Source: Andalucia godoyi And28 | Lineage: Eukaryota > Protista > Jakobida | Assembly: GCA_009859145.1 (NCBI GenBank) | Contig: VRVR01000051.1 | Span: forward strand, 126,549-190,548 | Length of the DNA stretch: 64,000 nt | Direction of reading: 5' to 3' | Shown: in pieces, positions 54,201 to 64,000 of the stretch | Layout of the letters: each line of letters starts with the position of its first letter | How positions within the stretch are numbered: the first letter of the stretch is position 1 | Made by a program: the position numbers and the translations under genes | The notes under the pieces: generated by a model | What the model was told of the DNA's origin: nothing | The model's database searches: none | Seen by the model: the letters and a program-made list of their open reading frames with translations, nothing else

Positions 54201-55618
54201 ATGGCGTCTCAGGGAGTGCGTAGGATAATTGAAGCGACGCTTCCGCATCTTGCGGAGCTGTGCGATCGAGGGTTGTTTTCGGGCGAGGAAGTGAAGCAGG
54301 TGATTGCGACGAGGACGCGTTTGGAGCACAAGATCCTCGGGAAAGTGAAGCCGCTTGTGTATACTGATTTTGTACGACTTCTTCAGTACGAACTGCGACT
54401 GGAGTCTCTGCGAAAGCTGCGGTCCAAGCGACTATTTATAGCGAAGAAGCACGACTCGGACTATGCGTTTGTGCGGCGGATTGTGTTCACGTTTGAGCGA
54501 TTTTTAAAGAAGTTTCCGCTGTTGCCTGTTTTTCAGTCATATGCACAGTTCTCGAAGCGTGTGGGTGCACGCTCCGCACTGTCGCGACTGTACGGACGGC
54601 TTGTGCAGGCGCATCCGACGAGTGTGGATGCGTGGATGGAGGCCGGGAAGTGTGCCTGGGAGTCGCTCAGCGACCCGCAGATGGCGCGGCGGCTCTTCCT
54701 GCGAGGACTCAAGATGGTCGGTGGAAGTGAGGAACACAGAGTGGGAGAGTTGTGGACGGAGTACGTCAAGTTTGAGCTGTTGTATGCGCAATTTGTCGCG
54801 CGGTCCATCGACTCCGAGTCAGAAGATAAGATCAAGCTCAAGACCACAAAGACCAGAACAAGTCGAAAAGGAAAAGCCGGCCGCAAACGCTCGCGACAAG
54901 AAATGATCGCGAAAAAGAACGAGCAGCAGGATGACGAGGACGAGGGCGAAGGCGAAGATGTGGAGGGCAAGAAGAAGACGGAGGGGAATGAGGATCAAGA
55001 ATTGATGGAGCAGAGAAGGAGAATTGCGAATGGACAGTTGGTGCTACTGGCGCTGAAAACGCTGGAAAAGAAAGAGTATGAGAATATAGTGTCGCCTTTG
55101 CTTGTTTCGACGCTCATGGAGGCTGCAAGCAAGTTTCCTGCGTTCCTGGCAGGTCCGGTGCTTGCGCATCTGGTGGAGATTGCGGCAGTCCGTGCACGCA
55201 CTGCAGCGACTCAAAAAAAGGAAGCGTGGAGGAGAGGATTTATGGAAATCGTCGTCATTCGACATCCGCTGCAGACTCTCGAAGAAAGAACAGATCAAAG
55301 TGCTGCTGCTGATGACGATGATGAGCAAAAAGAAAGCACGCTGGATTCGCTGGTCCAGAACGCCGTTGAAAATCGTCTGTTTCGCGAAGTGTACAGTGTT
55401 CTTCGCGCAAGGAATGACCTTGCTCGCATCGAATCCGTCTTTTCTCCGTCATCCGACGTCTTTGATGTTGCAGTGGACGACCTGTCCGCTGCGCATGTCT
55501 TGGATCTTGTGCGGATCTATCGCGCAGAGGGCCGGTCATCTAGTGCTGTGGAAATCTTGAAGAAGGTGCTGTTCGCCTCCACCTCCACCTCCAGCTCCAG
55601 CTCCACCTCCAGCTCCAT

Positions 55619-55649
<31 letters not shown>

Positions 55650-56342
55650 TCGAGCACGCGCTTTTCGTCGGAACCTGCGCTTCACGATGCGTTGTCCATG
55701 GAGTACGTCTCGCTGCATCCGACCGACTCTCGGCGCCTGTTTGAATCGGCACCATGTGCACCCCTCTTTTTTGCAACCCTCGTGTCTTCACACTCTCTGC
55801 AGAGTTCTGCGCCGCAGCAAAACGTGCTGTCTGACGAAGTGTTCGTGAACGCGCTGGCACTCATTATGAAGCGATCGGTCAAGGACTCGGCGTTTCCGTG
55901 GGAGACGGAGTACACTGCGGTTTCTGGGGCGTACCTCGGCTGGGCTCGAGCTTCGGGAGGTCTCGAGGGAATGCGGCGCGCGGAAAAGAATGTTCTTGGA
56001 ATGCATGCAAAGCAAGGGGTGTTGTCATCCATGCACAAAGGAACGGGCATCATGGTTGCTCCCCTCGCGCTTTTTGCAAAGATCACCGACATGGAGTCTT
56101 TGTTTGATCCAGCGTCCGATCACCTTCGAATGCTTCTCTCGGTCGCTGTCCAGCACCATGGATCCGATTCTGTGCGAAATAGTCCCGAGCAGCTTATTGG
56201 ACTGTGGGTCCGTGTCGTTCGAGCTAATCGGGCAGTCCATAAGCATGTTGATGCGTCGAATGCAGTCAAGAAGGCTCTTGCAGTGCTTACCAACCCCCGA
56301 GATTCCAAAAGGTTCCTTGACACGGTCAACATGGCCAGCTAG
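54201..56342 (+). CDS. UTP6: U3 snoRNA-associated protein 6 (HAT repeats)
   Basis: LPHLAELCDRGLFSGEEVKQVIATRTRLEHKI, YELRLESLRKLR, RRIVFTFERFLKKF, ARRLFLRGL. Confidence 0.85.
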
Positions 56343-56506
56343 TCTTTGGGGGGTTTCTTTTTTTGTTTGCTTGCTTGCGTTCTTGCTTCGGCACTGAGCT
56401 CAAAAAAGCTACCAAAAGGTGGATTGTAAAAGCGGATCACTGCATTGTTGCAGCTGTACGACGAAAATGTCTTCTCTCTAGTCTCCGTGTGTGATGTGTT
56501 TGTTTA

Positions 56507-57352
56507 TCATCCGTAAGTGTAGATCATGTCCTTGGTGTATCCGAGGGACTCGAGAGCTGCGCGGATGGCCTGCATAGCCTTCAAAGGTCCGCAGACGACA
56601 ATGTGGACGCCCTCTGCAGGCGGCGGCATCGTGTCTTTGAGCAACGCCGCGTCGATTCTTCCGACCCGATTGTTCCACGCGTGCCTGTCCTCTTCTTTGA
56701 CCCAGTCAACCGTGTATACAAGTTTGAAATGATCGTGGTTCTGCTGATACGAGTTGAGTTCCTCGGTCAAAACCATGTCGCATGGCTGCAGCGACGAGTA
56801 CAAGAATGTGATTGGGATGTTTCTGCAGCGCGGATCCGCAACGTCTACCTGCCCCTGCCCCTGCCCCTGCCCCTGCCCCTGCCCCTGCCGCAGATGATCA
56901 TGATGATGATACTGCATGACTTCGCGAGTAATTTGGATCATCGGCGATAACCCGGTGCCCATTGCAATAAGTCCAAGTGCGGTTGTATGCTCGGGATCGA
57001 GCTCGAATCCCGCAATCGGTGCCTTGATTTCCACGACCGACTCATTTGGAATGAGCGTGTTTAAGAAATGCGACATTATGCCATTGTCATCGATCTTGAT
57101 CAACAGCTCCACAAAGCCCGTCTGATGCGGACTCGAGATCGGTGAGTAGTATCGAACCACGTCTTCTCCATTAATCTTTGCTCGCAACGCAAGGTACTGC
57201 CCTGCCTTGCACTCGGTGGAGTCATCCGTCGGATTCTGAAAGCGAAACCGAAAAATCTTGATGCATTCCGAAACTCGCTCCGAATGATCAAACACAAGCG
57301 GCCGGAACTCTGTGGGAACTACCCCAGAGTGCGATTCTCGGGTCGGCTGCAT
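56507..57352 (-). CDS. NADH-cytochrome b5 reductase-like FAD/NAD oxidoreductase
   Basis: RYYSPIS, ELLIK, GIMSHFL, IAMGTGLSPMIQ, GRID, VCGP. Confidence 0.88.
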   Translation of the reverse strand: MQPTRESHSGVVPTEFRPLVFDHSERVSECIKIFRFRFQNPTDDSTECKAGQYLALRAKINGEDVVRYYSPISSPHQTGFVELLIKIDDNGIMSHFLNTLIPNESVVEIKAPIAGFELDPEHTTALGLIAMGTGLSPMIQITREVMQYHHHDHLRQGQGQGQGQGQGQVDVADPRCRNIPITFLYSSLQPCDMVLTEELNSYQQNHDHFKLVYTVDWVKEEDRHAWNNRVGRIDAALLKDTMPPPAEGVHIVVCGPLKAMQAIRAALESLGYTKDMIYTYG

Positions 57353-57947
57353 GGTTCTGTTTCTTCTTCTTCTTCTTCTTCTTCTTCTTCTCTCTCTTTA
57401 AATAAAAAACACTGTTGCTGTCCGCTATCTCTTCCAGCCGATAGTAATAAATACCTATAATTAAAAAAATACAAACCATAAAATAAACCAAAGATTATTG
57501 GGAAAACACAGATTCTGGTTGATTTGGTTTGATTTTCGTTTCAGGCTATTTTTAGACATGACGCCTCAACTCAACTGCTGGTGAGAAAATCTGCTGTAAA
57601 AAAACCGGAAGATAACAACGTCCACTCACATCACACACACGTCACATGCATCAACTCTCTTCTGGATTGCTCCTGTGGAAGCGGAAGTCCAAATCAGGAC
57701 GTTACGCACTTCCGCTGCATAAGGGAGCCGATCCTCTGGGGCTTCCGGCTCCCCCAAAGAATATCTGGAAATATATAAATAAATAAATAAATATATATAT
57801 ATAACTCGGGTTTTTACATTTTCCTTTTCAAAAACAAAAAAACATAATCATAATAGCATTTTCCAAGTTTTTTTCTTTCTTTTTTTTGAATATCAAATCT
57901 CTTTGATAACCTCCCCCACCCCCCTCGCCTCGTCCTACGTTGCCACG

Positions 57948-58130
57948 ATGCACAAGACAGAGTCAAAGAACGCAACTGCAGTGGCTGCGCCCACCGTGCT
58001 CCCGAAAGGGACGTCGGACCAGCCAAGAAAACCCCATGCGGCGATCAACGAGAACCAGTCGTCGAACCACCGAGGCCCAACCGAGTTTGTCAAGCAGGGC
58101 AATTACCAGCATCGCCAGAGCAACTCCTAA
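57948..58130 (+). CDS. Possible 60-aa micro-protein
   Basis: ATG ORF of balanced composition inside an otherwise low-complexity intergenic stretch; no homolog recognised. Confidence 0.25.
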   Translation: MHKTESKNATAVAAPTVLPKGTSDQPRKPHAAINENQSSNHRGPTEFVKQGNYQHRQSNS

Positions 58131-58254
58131 TCCTTAGGCTACGCAACGTCTGTTGTGAACAATGTAAAAATAAAGAACAAAAAAGAATAAGAAAGAGCAG
58201 CACCAACAACAAGAAAAGGAATTGAAGCCGAGAACCCCGTACAAGAATCGAACG

Positions 58255-59304
58255 CTACGATCGATGGGCTGGTGGTGGAGGACTGAGCAACTGTGCGTAC
58301 ATCTCATCTCCAGGAGGCACGTAGCTTCCACCGCTGGGCTGCCGACTGTTCGTTGCGTTGCTGTTGTTATCGTCGTCGTCGTCGTCGTCGTCATCGTCGT
58401 CATTGTCATCCTGCAAGCTCTGCTCGCCGACGACAGAGTCTGGACGCGTGGAGTCTGAGGCCGAGTCTGATTTGAAGAGCCCAACTGCGACGATCTGGGC
58501 AATGCCCCCATCCTCGCGGAGCCTGCGTGACTTGCGCAGCTTGTATCGGATTCTGAGGCCGACGAGCACGAGGAACGCAAGGAACAGCACGCAGATCGCA
58601 GGGATGAGCGTGTACACCTGAATATGAAGAGTAGCGAAGGCGCCACACAAGGCGCCGGTCACAAAGGAAAAATAAACAGGTGCAAATAGCCGGAGCTTCC
58701 ACGTGTTTCGAAAGTCCTTGTGGAAGAGCATGTTGCCGACGATGATGCCCATGTCCACTACGAGTCCGGTTACGTGGGACGTTCGGAGCATTGCTGAGGA
58801 GAACATTGTAAAGATGCCGTTTTGAAGAGCGCTTGAAAACGCAATGAGAAACTCTGCAACCCAGAAGAATGGCGATGCTTCCTTTTCCGTCGTGGAAACA
58901 CCTGCCGATACAAGAAATGCGGTCGCAACTGACAGGATCGCAGACTCGATTCCAAGCGCAAGGCCGTACCTTCTGCGAACATGAAATGCCTGGTTGCGCA
59001 CAATTCCGCCCGCAAACACAGATCCAAAAAAGAAGCCGCAGAGTGCATTTAGCGAGTGGCCAAACAGCACTGTCGATGATCTTGCAATCCCAATCGACGC
59101 AGACGCAGAGTTTCCCGTCATGTGCGTCAGACCGCGGCCAATCCACATGATCGCAAACGCATTGATGTACCCCGCAACCAACGCAAGACTGCTCGCAATG
59201 ACTACCATCTGCAAAAACAAGCCTTCGGGAACCCCAGTCAACGCACCTGCTCTCATTTCCCGGTGTCGCCCTGTTGCTCCAGGCGTGTTCATTCCTCCAA
59301 CCAT
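58255..59304 (-). CDS. DUF1275 (YoaK-like) membrane protein
   Basis: LALVAGYINA, THMTGN, ALQNG, RTSHVTGLVVDMG motifs and multiple TM helices. Confidence 0.85.
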   Translation of the reverse strand: MVGGMNTPGATGRHREMRAGALTGVPEGLFLQMVVIASSLALVAGYINAFAIMWIGRGLTHMTGNSASASIGIARSSTVLFGHSLNALCGFFFGSVFAGGIVRNQAFHVRRRYGLALGIESAILSVATAFLVSAGVSTTEKEASPFFWVAEFLIAFSSALQNGIFTMFSSAMLRTSHVTGLVVDMGIIVGNMLFHKDFRNTWKLRLFAPVYFSFVTGALCGAFATLHIQVYTLIPAICVLFLAFLVLVGLRIRYKLRKSRRLREDGGIAQIVAVGLFKSDSASDSTRPDSVVGEQSLQDDNDDDDDDDDDDDNNSNATNSRQPSGGSYVPPGDEMYAQLLSPPPPAHRS

Positions 59305-59583
59305 ATCGCACGTGCCCGATCCTTCATGCAGTTTTTTTCCCCCCTAACCTCCTGAGCGGGTGGCGGACAGCCAAGAGCGCAGAGTCCAGAGTCCAGAGTT
59401 CAGAGACGACAGGACAAATTCCCGTTGGATTTGTTTGCTCAAACAACAAAACAAAACAACAACACAAAACAACAACACAAAACAAAACAAACCCAAAAAC
59501 ATTATCAAAGGCAGGCAAAGCGGAGTCGGAGATTTCGGACCTGTCAAGCGGGCAAATTCAAATTCCCGCCTTCCTCTAATTGA

Positions 59584-62559
<2,976 letters not shown>

Positions 62560-62958
62560 GTTTTCTTCTTCTTCCCTTTATTTCTTCTTTCTCCTTTTGG
62601 GGCTGGTAAATTGTATTTTCTTGAAGCTAAAAGTGCGCAGGTTCCATCAGAGATTTTTCCACAGGGCGATGATATCTTGCCGTGTTCGGGAAAAGCAAAC
62701 TAACAAACAGACAAAAACAAAAACAGGAGGAAATGCCAATGAATCGCTTTGCAAACGTAAACGGCGTTCTTAGCAAGAAGCAAAAGAGAACAAAAAAAAA
62801 GCATGAGAGGGGAAAAAAGTGGCCGTTCGCTTTGCATCGGGAACGGTGTGTGAGCACACATCCAGCGCCCGTCGACAGGACATGCGAGCAACGAGACAAG
62901 AAAAGAAAGGCGAGGGAAAGAACAAAGAAGACAGGACTTCTTCCGTAAAAAAATCTGT

Positions 62959-64000
62959 TCAATTGATGTCCTGCTGAGGAAACGATCCAAATTGCTCGTT
63001 CCATTCCTTGTATCCGACAAGATCCTTCTGACTGACGCTGGCTCTGACCTGCTTAAACGCAGCCACAAAGTCGCACATTGAAACAGGCCGAACTTCGTCC
63101 GCGTTCACCGTCGCGATGTCACCCATTGGCAAGCTTCGGATTGGCCCCAGTGCAGCTTCTGCACACAGAGCTCGAATGTCGGCACCGGAGTATCCAATGC
63201 TTCGTTGCACAACGCTGTCCCAGTCAGTGTCCTTCAGGTCGTTTGATTGAGATCGGAAAAGCCGGCGTACCAGTTGCCGCCGAGCATCGTCGTCAGGCAA
63301 GGGAATATACAATCTCTTGACCAGCCGACGTCGGGCGGCTTCATCTAGTTCCTGAGGCCGATTTGTCGCCCCGATAACGAGCACTCGATCCTCGCCATTG
63401 CCTCCTGTTATTTTGAAACAGCACGTAAGTAATCGTTAGAAGTGGAAAACGGGGCGGCGGGGCGGCGGGGGGTGGGAAGAGATGCACCACAGACGAATAC
63501 TTGCGCACAGATACAAGTAACGTGCAATTTGACGGGGAAGGAAGCAGAGAGAAGGGAAAGCAACAACAAAGAAACATACCTGAGCTGGATCCAACGCCGT
63601 CCAACTGGACGAGAAATTCTGTCTTGACACGACGAGATGATTCCATATCTCCTTCGGACCTCTGGGACAAAAGCGAGTCAATTTCGTCAATAAACACAAC
63701 AGAGGGCTGCAGGGAATGGGCGACTGCCATGAGGGTGCGAACCATTTTCTCGCCTTCTCCCACCCACTTGGACATTAGAGAAGATGCTGAAATGCTGAAA
63801 AAGCGCGCTCCCGACTCCGAAGCAATCGCCTTTCCAATGAGCGTCTTTCCGGTTCCCGGAGGTCCAAACAGCAAGAGACCTCTCGGCGGCCCACGGAGTC
63901 CCTTGAATATGTCGGGTCGAAGCATTGGCCACACGACGATTTCTTTGACGCACTGCTTTGCGAAAACCAGACCCGCAATATCGTCCCACGACACTTGCGG
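62959..64000 (-). CDS. FIGNL1: Fidgetin-like AAA+ ATPase, 3' part; exons 63580->64000 and 62959-63404
   Basis: [74 protein letters not shown]...CAG intron at 63405-63579 restores the frame. Confidence 0.9.

Overview
Gene-dense, intron-poor eukaryotic DNA (about 50% GC by eye, standard genetic code, short GT-AG introns of 120-180 nt). It probably comes from a flagellated protist, given the MORN/radial-spoke-like, CCDC148-like, IQ coiled-coil and REJ/GPS genes. About 30 protein genes are supported, including a P5B ATPase, DCAF5-like WD40, LCAT/PLA2G15, Myb+DUF3755, class II eIF4E, COQ9, BLTP3-like, RanBP9/10, FHIT, H2A, DXO, PDX2/PDX1, L-galactose dehydrogenase-like, UTP6, DUF1275 and FIGNL1. 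The stand-out feature is five intergenic, internally deleted derivatives of a TnpB/Fanzor2-type RNA-guided nuclease element: E1 1-319, E2 3217-3817, E3 11997-12839, E4 33447-34084 (minus) and E5 51512-51758 (minus). None encodes a nuclease. All keep a right end with a tetraloop-capped stem (UUCG or GNRA; a perfect 14-bp stem with G-U wobbles in E1, E2 and E5, imperfect in E3 and E4) followed by AATGYAG and a different flanking sequence, as expected for omega/guide RNAs. The four whose left end lies in the window start after a CCG/GCG motif. A second dispersed repeat (15573-16016, 48733-49147) also begins at CCG|CT. All calls are by eye from motifs; no database searches or folding programs were run.
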